Shown: piece after piece, positions 1 to 13,500 of the stretch
Position numbering within the stretch: position 1 is the stretch's first letter
Layout: every line of letters begins with the position of its first letter
From: Phoronis australis
Taxonomy: Eukaryota; Animalia; Phoronida
NCBI GenBank assembly: GCA_002633005.1
Contig: NMRA01001027.1
Coordinates: 4,468-68,467 of the forward strand
Length of the DNA stretch: 64,000 nucleotides
Direction: 5' to 3'
Made by a program: the position numbers and the translations under genes
The notes under the pieces: generated by a model
The model's database searches: none
What the model was told of the DNA's origin: nothing
Seen by the model: only the letters and a program-made list of their open reading frames with translations

Positions 1-576
1 TAGATAAAAAGAAATTGGCGTGAAATTCTTGCCTTCCAAAACACCACTTACGGAGTAGAGGACGAATAGCTAATTAAATTACGAAAAGCTGTAATTAAGT
101 AGAAAACATGTCTGGGATAACCAAGTAACCTTATTTTTGCTAAAAATGACATGAAAAAAGGTTGCCTTTGCCTTTAACACTAGCATTGAATATTGCCATC
201 TGGAGTAGTTGTTTCCTTTTGGAAGTGATCAGTAGATGAGTTTGATGGGCATCCCAGAATTTGCAAAAACGATTCTGCAAAATAAAATTATGTTTATTCA
301 TCTACTCTTTAACAAATCATTTTACCTCATCACAGTCTTGGCTAAAAATGTGTGAAGTGAATGTTAGTTTATCTTGCTCAGTTTCAATCTCGTTTAACTA
401 GATTTTTAACTAGGAAACAGTTGTAATTAACTCAGGGATGGGTTCACAATTCACTGAGTTTAGCTGGCGATCAAAATCTACCACTGTTTTGGTACTTCAA
501 GCTTAAAAATAAATTAACAAAATAGCAACTTGTTTCCGCCTGCAAGAAAAAACAAGTAGACTGGGGGTATTAAAAG

Positions 577-641
577 TAACATAACAAAAAACGGTATGAA
601 ACAAGTATTAAGAATAACATAACAAAAAACGGTATGAAACA
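577..641. repeat. Tandem duplication, 38-bp period
   Basis: TAACATAACAAAAAACGGTATGAAACA at 577-603 and 615-641. Confidence 0.85.
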
Positions 642-3532
642 TATTTAAATTTCCTGTTCCTTTGGGAAGTGGCCCATTGTCAAGATAAACACAAATTACC
701 ATTTCTAGTCATTTTGTAATATTTAAAATGCACCAAGTTAAAACTACTTTCCACATTGCAGACTGTAACTCTGTGCAAATGTCAGAGAAAACCTATTTGG
801 GCATAATAAGAACCATTGTTGAGAAAGTTTAGTGGCAGCAATTACCTTTCCACTTCATTAACTGAGATGTACATGAGTACAAAGGGCATGTTGAATAGGT
901 ATTGTAAAAGTTGTTTGGTGGCAAAGGGAATCTTAGCCTGATCTGTGTAAACCAGAAGTTCTCCACATGACTATAGTCACATGGTTTGAGCTAATAATAG
1001 CTTTATGGGACATTTTAAAGTCTTGTGATCATGCAGCTGACTAAGGCTAACCTTTTTCAAAATGACTACCTGACATGTTGGCCAAATAAGGCAATTTTGC
1101 TTATTCATGGGGCAAACTTTTCAGCAATCTCATTGGTCAATATATGTGACATCACAATCTTGTCGACCAAATATGTCTATTTCTGGTATTCACGCGAAAA
1201 ATTTTTCAATAATCATAACATGATGTTTTGGAAAAGCCATTTGTTGATTTTGGTTATTGTACGGGCTCAACTGTAATGATCTGACTATTTTAAGTGTAAA
1301 TCTCTTACGAATGTGCATTTCGGGGTGTTTCAAATATGGCGCTGATGTCATTTCCCAGAAGCATGTAAATATCCTCGGCCATAATTTGTGAATATATAAT
1401 CCGATTTTAAATCGCGAGTGTGACCGCATGGTGCATGCCTCAGTAGTCCTAAACACTAGTGGAAATTTACTTTGTTACACTCCTCCAAAAAGCATTTTGC
1501 AGTTAACCAGTGCTTTCGATTCTTGTGTGATTAAGTGATGTATGCTGTTCTCTGTGATGTTGTTTTCACTAAGTTCTCATTTATGAAATATCGAGAATAA
1601 TCTTACAGTTGAAGGGTCTTTAATTTGAAAAGTGGTTACTGGAAGAAACGAATTTAAATTATAAAGTCTAAAGATCATGTAGAAATCAAGTACGAATGGC
1701 TGGACAAATGCACGATTAGAGATGATCATTACTCTAGTTCAAATCTGGGTGAGAAATATGGTCCTCGCATTTGTGTGGAGTAAGGAGTGTGGGTCTTAGA
1801 AGGGATTTGTACCTTAGTTTTGGTGTCGTCTCAGTGGTCTATGAGGTTTATAGGATTTCTGAACTATGGAAAAACAGTCATCATTTGGTCTACTACCTGT
1901 ACATATAGATAAATAGAGGTAAAAGTTGTTTTTCTGTTTCGACTGGTTGCGTGAATAGCCAAAACTTTTTTATGTTGCATACAGGGTTGCGACAATGTTT
2001 CGACTAAAAAGAACGTTGAATAACAAAATACTGGATTGTCCAACAACGTTGTGATGTCCCTAATTTGAGGCGTTGTTGCCTCAATAGCGAAAACCTGACC
2101 TTGATGTTAGCAATAACAACTTTGGAAAGTTTGCCGTGTGAACAGCAAAAATCAGTATTTTTCTTCTTAACGAGTGTAATGTTACACATATGGACCTCTG
2201 AGAATGGGGAATGTGTTGTTGGCTAAATTTTGAAAATGGGTTTATTTGGCTGACTTGTCAGGTAAATAGCGTTGGCCTTCATTTTTATAGCTAGTATTAA
2301 CTTTTTAAAAAACAGTAGACTCGGTACTAGTCAAACATTCAAAAGGTATCTTGTTGCTCTGGGAGTTTATCTAAATCGGTACTTATTAATCATCATAATT
2401 ATTTACAAGGTTAATGCCTATACAGTCATAGTTGGGTAATGCCAAAGCTACCAGCCTCAAACCATAATAAAATTAATTTGGGGAAGAAAATCTAGGTGCA
2501 GTTCCAGTAATTGTGCTTTGTTCGGTGTTCAACGTAATCATGAAAAAAGCGGTATGAGTCAAAGTTACAGAGCTCTCACTGTCTGAAATCTGATTAAATC
2601 TAATCTTAGTGCTGGCAAGGTATTCTACACCATCGAAAAATTTCACTGGCTAAACCTCATTCGGTCTACATTATATACATCAATGTCATAAAATTGTCAT
2701 GTGATCTACATTATTAACATATTAAATGTCATGGAATTATTTGAGGTTAGTGCATTCATAATTGTGCTGATTATTCATACTTGACAGTATTTCTCTTACA
2801 TTAAAGTATTTAAAATATCTTGTTAGGGCAGTTAATGTGAAAAAAAATATTTGATTGAAGAAACTAAATTTTGATTTAGATTAGATCATTTACTGCTGTA
2901 AAATTGGCCTCAGCTTGTTCCTTGTTCAGATGAGACGTGATTTTGGTCATGCACTGAACTGTGATTTCGTTATTGCTTAGTCTCTACCAATGATGAGCTG
3001 TCAGTTCTTTCCAAACTCAAAAATTGTGCCTGTTTTGAGTAAGGAACAATTTGAGATCAATTTAGCAACGGTAAGTGGTTAAAACCAAAAACTGGTTTTG
3101 TGACGGAAGGGGCATAATTGTAGTCAGTTCTGCTTGGACACAGATCCAAAAATCTTTCAAGGACAAGCATAGGAGAGGGGCCTGAGGGGGCTTGAGTTTG
3201 CTGTTGCAATGGTGTAAAATAACTGGCAGGTATTTCAAACGAAACATTTGCCAAAGTTTACATTTCATTTTTTTATTTTCAGACACTTAATTCTGTGTTA
3301 AAATTCATGCTAAGGGTTTTTGTTTTGGGATAGATGCACAATGCTGACTATGGCAGTACTTGAAAGTAATTTTTTGGAATGTCTATTTTGCCCTAAAATT
3401 CAAAAAATGATGTAATTTTAACAGAAATTTACTAAGATCTTGAAAAAATTTGGTGGCCCGGCACGCCCCAGCTTCCCCCTTGTCTGCCTCAGTGGATTTG
3501 ATAACTGAAGTTATCTTGTGTTTCGTCAACAG

Positions 3533-3755
3533 TTCAGCAGCTCGCTCCGTGAGTGAACTCAGTGCACTATCTGAATCAGTCGTGTGTGCACTTAGCTTCT
3601 GCAGCTCACTTGCACTCTTGATGGGTGGTCAGTTATCAACTCGCCTGAAGCCAGTGGCAGTTCTTGATATGCAAATAACTTCATTTCTGACTGCGGCACC
3701 ATCTAGTGAGAAAATCGTGATGGCGGGAGCAGAAGTCATCGTTTCCAAAGCATAA
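3533..3755 (+). CDS. Candidate upstream exon of the START gene (3' boundary uncertain)
   Basis: Good acceptor (tttcgtcaacag), GC-richer open frame SAARSVSELSALSES...AGAEVIVSK; no clear donor identified. Confidence 0.35.
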
Positions 3756-4269
3756 TTATGATGGTACTTTTGGTTACAAAGTGGGTTTATTGGTATCATT
3801 CTTTAGAAGAAAGTTTTTACTTTTTTATGATACCATTTATGTTTGTCTTAGATAAACAGTTGTTTTGTAATTACCGGGTACTTTGTGAAATAGACCAAAA
3901 ATCACAGTTTAGCTACTTGTCCATTCCTGGTTATCTCTTGATGTCATCATGTGCTTCCAATAACTAATATGTTGATTCTAGTGTGATGCTGTGCGATGAA
4001 AAGTAGACTTGGATGAGGATAGAGGATTTGTCTTTTAATACGTCCTGCCATAAATAGGTTTAGGTAATACCCTACATTTCTGTACCCATGGCTTTCTCTG
4101 TGAGGTGATGGCTTATGCTGGGTAATTGGTCACAAGAATATATAGTGTATTTATGTAGTTATGTATTACCCTGACTAAGTTTACTACATTATTACCACAT
4201 GTTCCAGATGTTGACATGGGTATATGCAGCTGCCAAACTGTGTTCTTGAAAACTGGTAGTGAATCGTCT

Positions 4270-4533
4270 AAATTATGACTGACATCACGACTTTGAAAGG
4301 CCCTTTCCCACGCCAACTCTGTGCTTCTGTGTTCAGGGGAGCACTGCCCCAGAAATCGCTTTCGCATAAGGTTCTCATTCATTCCCTTTCATACACTCAC
4401 TAGTAAGACCGAGCTCAGAGTAGTGGGAGACACCTTTGTGCTATGCTCGAGTGCCTGCCAGTTAAGCCAGGATTCGAACCCGGATCTCTGAAAAGTAAGC
4501 CCGGAGCTCAAACCATTCGGCCACCCTGTCTCC
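4270..4533 (-). mobile_element. tRNA-derived SINE
   Basis: Minus strand has an A box TGGCCGAATGG (4523-4513) and a B box GGTTCGAATCC (4480-4470); no acceptor stem forms, so it is not a tRNA. The 3' boundary is approximate. Confidence 0.7.
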
Positions 4534-4734
4534 TCTTAAATCTGATCTTGTGTCAAAGTTGACAACTCAAGTTTACTTTGTAGTAAAGATGTAGATATAC
4601 ACAATGAAATGTGGATGCATCGCTATGCTGAACTTTAGATATCCGCAGGCATGCATTGTGGTTTACTTTGATTACGATAGCATCTCATAGCGATTACTGC
4701 GAGGTCTGTCGGACTGTCACTATGATTGCTATCA

Positions 4735-5205
4735 TCACCTGTTCACCTGTTCACCTGAGTAGGCTGTGTCCTTCCACTGCAGGAAGTAGCCCTCCGCGAG
4801 GTCCCTCCATTGTTTTCGGTTCTTAGCTGTCCTTGGCCATGTTGCCCCATCTCTCTGCATGATGTCGTCTCGCCATCGTCTCTTTGGTCTCCCCCTTGTT
4901 CACTTGGCTTCTCTGGGCTGCCATTCGGTTGTCCTCAGAGTCCACCTGTTATCCTTCATTCTTGCCACATGACCAGCCCGTCTCCATTTCGTTTCTGTTA
5001 TATGCATTTTGTTATATCTGTTACTTTAGTCCTTTCTTTTATCTTGGAATTTGGTATTTTGTCTTTCAAGCTGATGCCCAGCAGTTTCGTTTCCATTGCT
5101 CCCTGGTTTTTTGCATCTTATTCAGCACTTCTTGTTTTGTCGTCTCTTTCATTGTAATAGTTTGGCCAAGGTATTCGTAGTCTGTCACTTTCTCTATAGG
5201 TGTGC
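4735..5205 (-). mobile_element. Degraded 3' fragment of an RTE-clade LINE
   Basis: Minus-strand translation, with stops and frameshifts: IEKVTDYEYLGQTI...LLGISLKDKIPNSKIKERTKV...KWRRAGHVARMKDNRWT...WQP...RGRPKRRWRDDI...TW.RTA.NR.QW..LAEGYFLQW. It ends in a short tandem tail (ACAGGTGA)x3 at 4735-4758, typical of RTE elements. Confidence 0.85.
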
Positions 5206-7428
5206 CTTCGATACTACTGATGATGGGCTTAAGTTACCTGCACAGCTTATGTCAGTGCTTCGTTAGTATCAGTGTTTTCCACGATAGAAAATTTAAACTC
5301 GACTGCTATTACAAAATTCATTTAATGTGTTTAAAAGTCCATACTGTGGGGATTTTGTGTCTTAAAGTGGAACTGGCACGCTAATTTCTTATCTCTCTGA
5401 TTGCTTGGTCAAATCAGTTAGAAACATAAGATATAGCGATGATGTGAATATGAAGTTGGTTAAAAATTGCCAAATGTTTTTAAGAACAAGTTTTATGTTG
5501 AAAATGATCCTTCGAAAATCCCTCAACCGTGTCCAGAAAGTATGTGATTTGGTGTTGGGGAATAACACTGCATGATGCAGGTTATGTGAGCCCCCAAGGT
5601 ACATCATTAGTGCAAAGGTCACCTCATAGCAGAATTTTTGTTTTCACATTAGCAAGTTGTCAGTGAATACAACTGCCCATTGTTTAGCGTAGATGATGTT
5701 TAAGTAGCATTGTTGTTTAGTTCCTGCTATACATTAGCACAGTTAGGAGCATGCAAATACACCTTTAAGTAAGTGCATTGAATGGGTAACAGAAGTCCAA
5801 AATGTCCTAATTTTAGCAAGAAATGACTAATCTAACACTTCAAGCTCCTTGTATAGGTTAATTGTCCCTTTATCCTACTCATCCTGGTGATTTCAGACCT
5901 GTACCAGTTCCTCAGTACACATTATCCAGTCCTTGACATTGTCGGTGTTGACAAAACATTTTCTTATTACCAGGGTGTGCTTGATGAGATGAGATTAGAC
6001 CCAATTCACAGACAAAACAATAAGATTAATTGAGCGAAATATGAAGTAGCAATGGTGTATGGTTCTGAACTGGATTTTATCCGTACCCAACATGAAATTC
6101 ACAATGTAGTAGTAATTTAAATTTGTTAAATATGTCCAAATTATACACGCCCGAATAAACACCCATGTTCGCTTCAATGCCTACTTCCGAAATGCTCAAA
6201 TTTTCAATTTTTTTACTCTTGCTTGTCTGAACATCTGTTCCCAATTAATCTCTTATATTACCCCCATGGTCCCAAAAAGTGTGCAACTCCGATATAATGA
6301 ATAAGTGAGTAATTCACTGGCACCTGGTCATATCCGCGCATTAAAATACTCGCCGGTTACTAAAGAAGACTCAAAATGGTGTTTTGGTTTATTTGCATTC
6401 TAATGTTATCGCGTGTGTGTGTGGGCAAAAATAGTTATGGGATTTGTTTGAGCGAATCGACTGTTCTAGTCAACCTCCAGTCCACCCCTAACGCCTCAAT
6501 AATTTTGTGTGAACACCCATGCTCGGCTTGCTGCCCACCCCCTGACTTAAAAATTTTATTTTTAACAATCCTGGGCCAAGAGTCCAATCTTTTCGTCAAC
6601 TCGAAATTGAAGTCAAAATCTCTAGTTTTTACTTGAGTTTGTAGCACAAATATAGGGCAAATTGGGACAAAAAAAATACGTGCATACACCTTAAGGTACT
6701 CGAGCACTTACCTATGTTCATTTAGTACAAAAGTACCGTAGAGCAGAAATGGCCAAAAATGATTTTGCATTCAATTTTGAATATAAAGAATATACTCCGG
6801 TCCCAGGTTTTAAACGGAATAAGGGTAGTAGTTTCTCTAGTGGTTTGTACACCTTGATTATGAGATCATATCGTAAACTCAACTAGGTTAATGCCATGCC
6901 CGGGTTATTGTTTAACTAGTTTGCACAGTCGGTGTCTGTGTACGGTTATGACAGAAATTTGTTAAACTTTGACTCTAAATTTCATATTAAGAATTAGCTA
7001 TCAACCGATATCATTTTTCCTGTCTTTTTGTATCTTGATAGTGATTTCTAAGTTTACAGTTTCCTCTTATAATTGAACACCAGCAAATAGACAGTAAACC
7101 ATGAATTTACGTAAGGTCATATAAAGTTGTCATGTTTTTAATTATCTTTGCTTTATGACCAACTCATTTATCTTGTTTTCAATTTCAATAACATAAACGT
7201 TTTGAGTTGGTCACTTAACACAGTTGGGAAGAATAACAGATTAGGGAAATTATTGCGGTTTCATAAAACAACTAGTCACTGTTCATGTGTATATGAAATC
7301 TATGGTTATATAATTTACAGTTAATTTTAAGTTGGATATATTCTGTATTTTTATCATTAGCTTATTTGCATGTCTACAATAAAGTCTTGTCATATTTCAT
7401 TTCATATAACTGCAAAATGACCTTTCAG

Positions 7429-7581
7429 ACATTTCCTATTGACTCATTTCACGGCTGGTCTTTGCTGGGTACAAGCCAAGGATGCTGCGTGTGGAAGAAC
7501 TGCCTGAAGTCGCCAATAGAGGGAGAAATGTGTCTGCTGAACACATATGGTGGCTGCACCAAGATAGCAGCTCCACCTTGT
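7429..7581 (+). CDS. START gene exon (start of START domain 1)
   Basis: tttcag|ACA...TGT|gtatgt; TFPIDSFHGWSLLGTSQGCCVWK...KIAAPPC; phase 0/0. Confidence 0.8.
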
Positions 7582-10500
7582 GTATGTAGTCTGAGTTACA
7601 GTAGTCCGTCACTTAACTCCACTGTTCATTTGAAGTTTCCAGTTTAAACTTTGAAAATAATTGTTAAAAACGTAAATTTCTGCTTCATTAAATAATGAAG
7701 TGCACAACATTGAAAAATTATAATTTACCATATTTCTCTTGGTCCCTTTGTGCATTGTCTAACTTACTTGTCATTTTGTGTTTCATATTACCGCACTTCG
7801 CTTAGAGTGTGTTTTATAAAGTTAACCTTAAAATGTGTTACTCATTTTGTTGGTTTAAATGCAAACTTACTCTTATCTTTAAACTCTGCGTTTTTTACTT
7901 GACAGGGTGTTTTGCAGTTCTTGCGAAATATTAAAATACTCAAAGAGTGGGACACATTTATTTACGATGCCGTCCTGACATCGACAGAGTCCCCTAGCGG
8001 CACTAGTAGTAAACATTACTGCAAACCTCTGGTGAAAAGTGATCTCGTTTCTGCTGTCGTGGAGACAACGTGTCCGCTGAACTGGAATGGGCGTCTCTGG
8101 ATTTACTGGCTGAAAAGCAAGTTTGTCTTCCAAAAGCAGCAAATAACGAGGTGATTATGAACTCGAAGTAGCGGTCGTTTACATACATGTAAACTTTACA
8201 CAATATACATACAGTATATACAAAGATCTTCGTGTACTTTTGAGTGAAATATAATCATTCGGTATTTGTATCTAATTTGTTATGTCAAAAGTAGTGAGGC
8301 AAGCACTGTCTATTAGTGTTACCGTATTTGCCCTAATAAGCCCCCATGCCCCCGTAAGCGCCTCCCCACATGTTTTCAGACTTCGCTAAAATAAGTGCCC
8401 AACCCATGAATGTGTATATATGTGAAAAATGCCTTACCTAGAGTTCTAAAATTCTACGGTAACATCTTCAATTTATCAATAATATCCGACAGTCTTGAAA
8501 AAATCATTGTGCGCCAAATTTCTAGACCACGAGCCTCGTCACTATATCGATATTTAGCTGTGAATATACACTTCGAACTTTCGCAGTGCTTCAAAAAGAA
8601 CTCAAAAGTTTTTTGCAAATCTCGCGAGGCACATTTCCCTCTGTGGTCTGGCCTTTCAGAACTGACACAGTGTACTTGTCAACAGGAGTGAATCTCGCTC
8701 ACACGGCACACACACGCAGATGAACTTCAAAACAAACGTCACATGACAACAACATGTGTGTTTGTCCAGATTTTTCTCGTGTTGCGGGGTGCGATCTAGT
8801 ACAGATTTGGACTTAATCTGCGGTTAATCCCGACTCCAAAGGAACTTAAAAATCTTAGGTATGCTATTTGGAAAACTTAAGGAGGTTTTCATGTAATTTG
8901 TTGTGTCGAAACTATTTATATTGAAGAATTCAATTTGCCCTATCAACGATCGCGAGGCAGCGACGGATCGGTCGATGAGTTTTCCCCACAATTTTTAAAA
9001 AAGAATCGTAATTTAACAATGAAGTTTGAAAGCAATGCACCACAATTTTGTGGAAAGTCTGTCATAGGTTACAGGTCCGTCGCAGAGCGTAAATTTGATG
9101 AATCCTAGCTTCCGATTTCACCCGTTTCGGAGGCTGGGTTTCAACCGCCTTAGGCTACAGTAAGCGCCCCCCTCCTGAAACAAATTTTTGTAAGTGCCCT
9201 TGGAGCTTGTTAGGACGAATACGGTACATGCCAAAGATTTTTGAATGGTCTTGTGAATTGTTTCACTGGAAAATTGTTGTTATTTTGCGAAAAATATAAT
9301 TCACGAGTTGTTCTAGTTGTATTTTGTTTTAATTACTGTTTCCCTTATCCAAATTGACTACGCATTTCCTAAATGATGTGCTTTGAGTATATCTGTTTTC
9401 TGCCATCCATTTCACTGGATGAACACGTTGACTGACTCCAGATTAAACCTAGGCCCTTAAAGCAGAATGTTTTTGAGAATTTTTGAAATTACAGATACTG
9501 GCCATGTATGGACACATTGGTATTGTGTTCCTCACTGTTGATTTATATTGCAGGTACTGGCACCGAGAGGTAGATGGCAGTTGCTGGCTTTTTCAGTACA
9601 GTCAAACTTGGGGGGAGTGGTGGTTTTTCTTGGCACAGCCTCAGCAAGGTTGGTTTCTGGACGGCCCGGGAATAGTCGGATGTAACATGCCCATATTTTG
9701 AGATTTCATTCAATGCCTGCGGAGAAAATTTGGTTCTCAAAATGCAGGGAAATTATATTTGACCATTACCACCAGCACTTATTTATATTAAATATTAATC
9801 CATACAGCCTAAACACTAAATAACCACCGTGTAATAACCTATACTGTTATTCCCTGTGGAAATAATGATATAGCCGAAAATTGTGATAGTTATGTTTTGT
9901 GTGGTGTGAGCGACTGAGCTGCGTGAAGGATAACCGATGCCAAGTTGCATATTTTCACTTCGATTGGTTCAGGTGAATGTCACTTGTTTACATTCAACTA
10001 ACCGTAAGCATCACTCATTTTGTTTTATATTTGTGTGTTGTAAAAATCTATATGTATTTAGATAAAACTCAAGTTGTGTCTGTATCTTTGGAGCTATCTG
10101 TTTTTTCAGTATCGGAGATTGAACGATCGAAAGTAATGGTTGTATATTGCCCCGGTGCCAATCAAGCTCAGTGGCCATTTTCCAATGAAGTTCATAAGAT
10201 GAGAATTGCTGAAAAGTTGACCTGCGTACAAGAATTTTTCAAGTTCCACAAGCAGATGTTTGCTCCAATCATTCATTTAAATCTCACCGGTGTTTCTGAC
10301 AAGTTCACTAAAGGGAATGTCGGAGAATCGCCTGAACATTCCAGGCAGTTATCGGGCGACTCTAAATACGTCAGTGGAAAAAATGTGAAGAGAAGGATTA
10401 GAAACAGCGTGAGATGCAAATACAACGCAGAGGGAAAGTCCTCGCTGAGTAAGGCTAGTCCGAATAAAAGCGTAGCAGAGAACTGTCCTCAGAAACAGGT

Positions 10501-13500
10501 TATGGAGTCTTCAGAGAACACAACGGAGCAGTCGGACATTTTCTTGAAACCTGATGGTGGCGAGACAGAATCCACGACGTTGACAGACAGTGTAGAACCG
10601 CTTGATACGTACGATATTATCGAAGAAAAAGATTACATGAACAAAGAGGAGGATGGAAGCGTAGTCAGACATCGAACAAATTCCCTTCCGTATGTTTGTC
10701 CAGACAAAGGTTTGTCTGAGAAACGTCTGAAGCTGTTGCCGTTTGAGGATCAAGAAGTTGATAATGCTGGCTCGAAGACTCTGAGGGCTCACGTGGTGAT
10801 GGCATGCAATCTTCCGTTAGGTCAGCTTTTTCTATTTTTTCTTTTTATCTCTTTCACTTTATTTATTTATTTATCAATTCCTGAATGTTGTATTATACTG
10901 GGTAATTTCAAGGAGGTACACATTTTACTGTGAAGTTTGGTAGTTCATCTGAACTGCCGCAGGCAACCAGTTTATTATTTTATTTTGCTGCTCCGTCTGA
11001 TAGGTGCTATACACGTTCTGTGAGAAAACATAACTCTTGCTAGGCCACTTACTACTGTAGAACTGGTCTCAACTTGTTCCTGAACTCAGACTAGATGTGA
11101 CTAACGGACTTGCAAAGAACTGACAGTTTGATATTTCACGAGAATAGGTCCAGTGACATTTCTAGACTCTGCTGATCATTTTATGACCTCAAAAAGTAAC
11201 AAACAGCCAACTCTTCATTATCCACAGAAAGGAGCAAGTTAAAACCAATTTTTATGGTAATAGTCTTCAATCAAATTTTATTGATGTAAGACAAGTATAC
11301 TGCACCTTAATTATACATTTATTCGTACGTAGATCATTCCGGGGTTGAACAATTGGTAAGTTCCAAAGACCGTATTAGTTCGCATGGATGCAATCTGAAA
11401 TTACGTTGCCAGCACAATATCTATTTTGCGTTAAGTAGTTTGTGGTGTTCAGTGGTTGGATTGTTGCATCTGAGTTAATAGTATTCAACGCTGTGAGTCT
11501 GAATCTCATTGTGGACCAGACTTGGGACTAACAGCGGAATTTCTTTATCTGTTTGAGTTGTCAAAAATAGCCTTAATTTTAGAGTGCCTTAATCATCCGA
11601 TTGTAATGAATTCTGGCTTTGAGTTGAAAATGTACCTTTATCCTAGGTTTTATCTAGTGCAAGGTTGTTCAGAAATGTCAGTCGTCTGTCACTAACATTA
11701 GTTCACTTTTTGATTGAAAATTCAATGGCATTGCCAATATTGGACATTTTAATTTTTCATTGGTCTCTAACCACAACTTTTCAAACATTGTTTGGCGGTA
11801 TATTTGTTGGACATAACTTGATTCATGACTAGATATTAGTTTGGTCAAATTTAAATGGTTTGATTAAAGGAGACTCGTTGAACAGAGCGCTTGACCACGA
11901 CTTGACTTCATTTTTTTCCAGTTTAGTCGCCAGTTGTCACACTCTCTGTCTATCTCTAAATGATAAAACACTGATGTATTTTACCGAAACATGACTGTTT
12001 ACACAGTAGTTCAGTCATCAGAGACCATTAAAGGAGTGAGTGAATTTCCCGCCTTATTTTAACAATAGGAAGTAGTGAAATGCTCACAATAGGATTCCGT
12101 GGTATAAATGAAGAACGGGAGAATTTTGGCCTGGTATTCAGTGAGCGTTGTATGGAGAAAGGGCTGCTGCCTACTTATACGAATCAATGAGAACAAGGAA
12201 ATCTTTTGTGCTCCATATTTTGACCTACATCTGTGAGATTTTGCAGTGGTATCTTCACTGTTGTATAATAATGTCGTGAGAAGTGAATAATACACTTTTG
12301 AGCAATATTATGCCAGTCTAATGTAATGTGTGGTATTGTTTCAGATGGAGATGGTTGCGTTCACTACAAGACATTAGCCAATCAGACTGCAGCTGAGGTG
12401 TTAGCTGAGGTAACACTGCTGTGCTGATATTTTTATAAAACTTGTGATCGTTTGCAGGGCGCTCAACGCCATGATTTTGGGGCCAAATATTGGCGTCATT
12501 CCACACTAAAAAATATTTAAAAATCGTGAAATTGCCATCATCAGACTCAAAAACTCCCCTTCAATAATGATAAAGAAATTCCCACAGAGTTAGAATTACT
12601 TATGCAAAACATTTGTTTGGCTGCTTGAGGCATTGCCAATGAGCGGTAGCAGTCGGGCTGAAATGGGGATTTTCAATAAAAAAATTCCCCACTCAGATTA
12701 GGTACACACACCTTTCCCTCATGTAAGTGAGGGCCAGAGTTTGAGTGAATGTGGGCACGAGTATGATGTATTGTTGTTGTATTGGTGCATTATGTGTGAC
12801 TGTTGGTATGGGTGCTTTTGTGATCTTGAATTCAGTTAAAAAGAATCAACTGCTGGAGATTTCCTTGTAAATGTCACATTTGGATTTGGCGTGTGGTTCT
12901 GCAAATGCCTCCTGTCGAATATACGTTGTAACGTTCTTGGCTTACATACAAAAATTGCACATAGCATGAAGATAAGAGAACTGCCAACCGACACTCAATG
13001 GTTTTTACTCCGTCATTACTCTTTTTGCAGACATTTAAAGTCTCTGATATTGACATTAGTCGACCATATGATGAACAAGCACAGACAACCGGAGGATGGG
13101 TGTAAGTGCAGAGAGTATTTTAAATGATACCAGTAACAATATCAGTAATATTATCAGTAACGATTAAGTAACACTATTGGTATCAATATCAATTACAATA
13201 TCAGTAAGAAAAGGATGTTTTTGAGCGTAAGTGACTTGGGCGTTCTACTAACATAATTCGAAAAAAACATTGTGATACTTTGCCTAATCACTCTAGGGAT
13301 ATTGCACATTTTTAAGTATATGCCTTCGTATAATTTAATGATTTGCATAATTCATGGACAAAGGTTAGAGTATGTGATTGATGAGTGGATCTGTCTATCG
13401 TATGGTTTTGATAGGGAACTGTTCATTGCTCATACAATAGTTTGGTGTTTTGTTTCATTTCTTGCCGTGGTTGTCCAACAGGTTTTTTGGTATGGACAGA

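Noticed and set aside
577-641. Direct repeat with spacer, superficially CRISPR-like
   Set aside because: Only two units, an 11-nt spacer, eukaryotic context and no cas genes; a simple tandem duplication.
4460-4533. Possible tRNA gene
   Set aside because: A and B boxes are present but no acceptor stem or proper anticodon arm forms; treated as a SINE head.
4810-5180. Hydrophobic + strand ORFs of 115 and 98 aa
   Set aside because: They are the antisense of the RTE LINE fragment.
11333-11355. 23-nt micro-exon candidate (tacgtag|ATCATT...TTG|gtaagt) in the START gene
   Set aside because: It would shift the frame; 10820 joins 12345 directly in phase 1. It could only be a poison exon, and I have no evidence for that.
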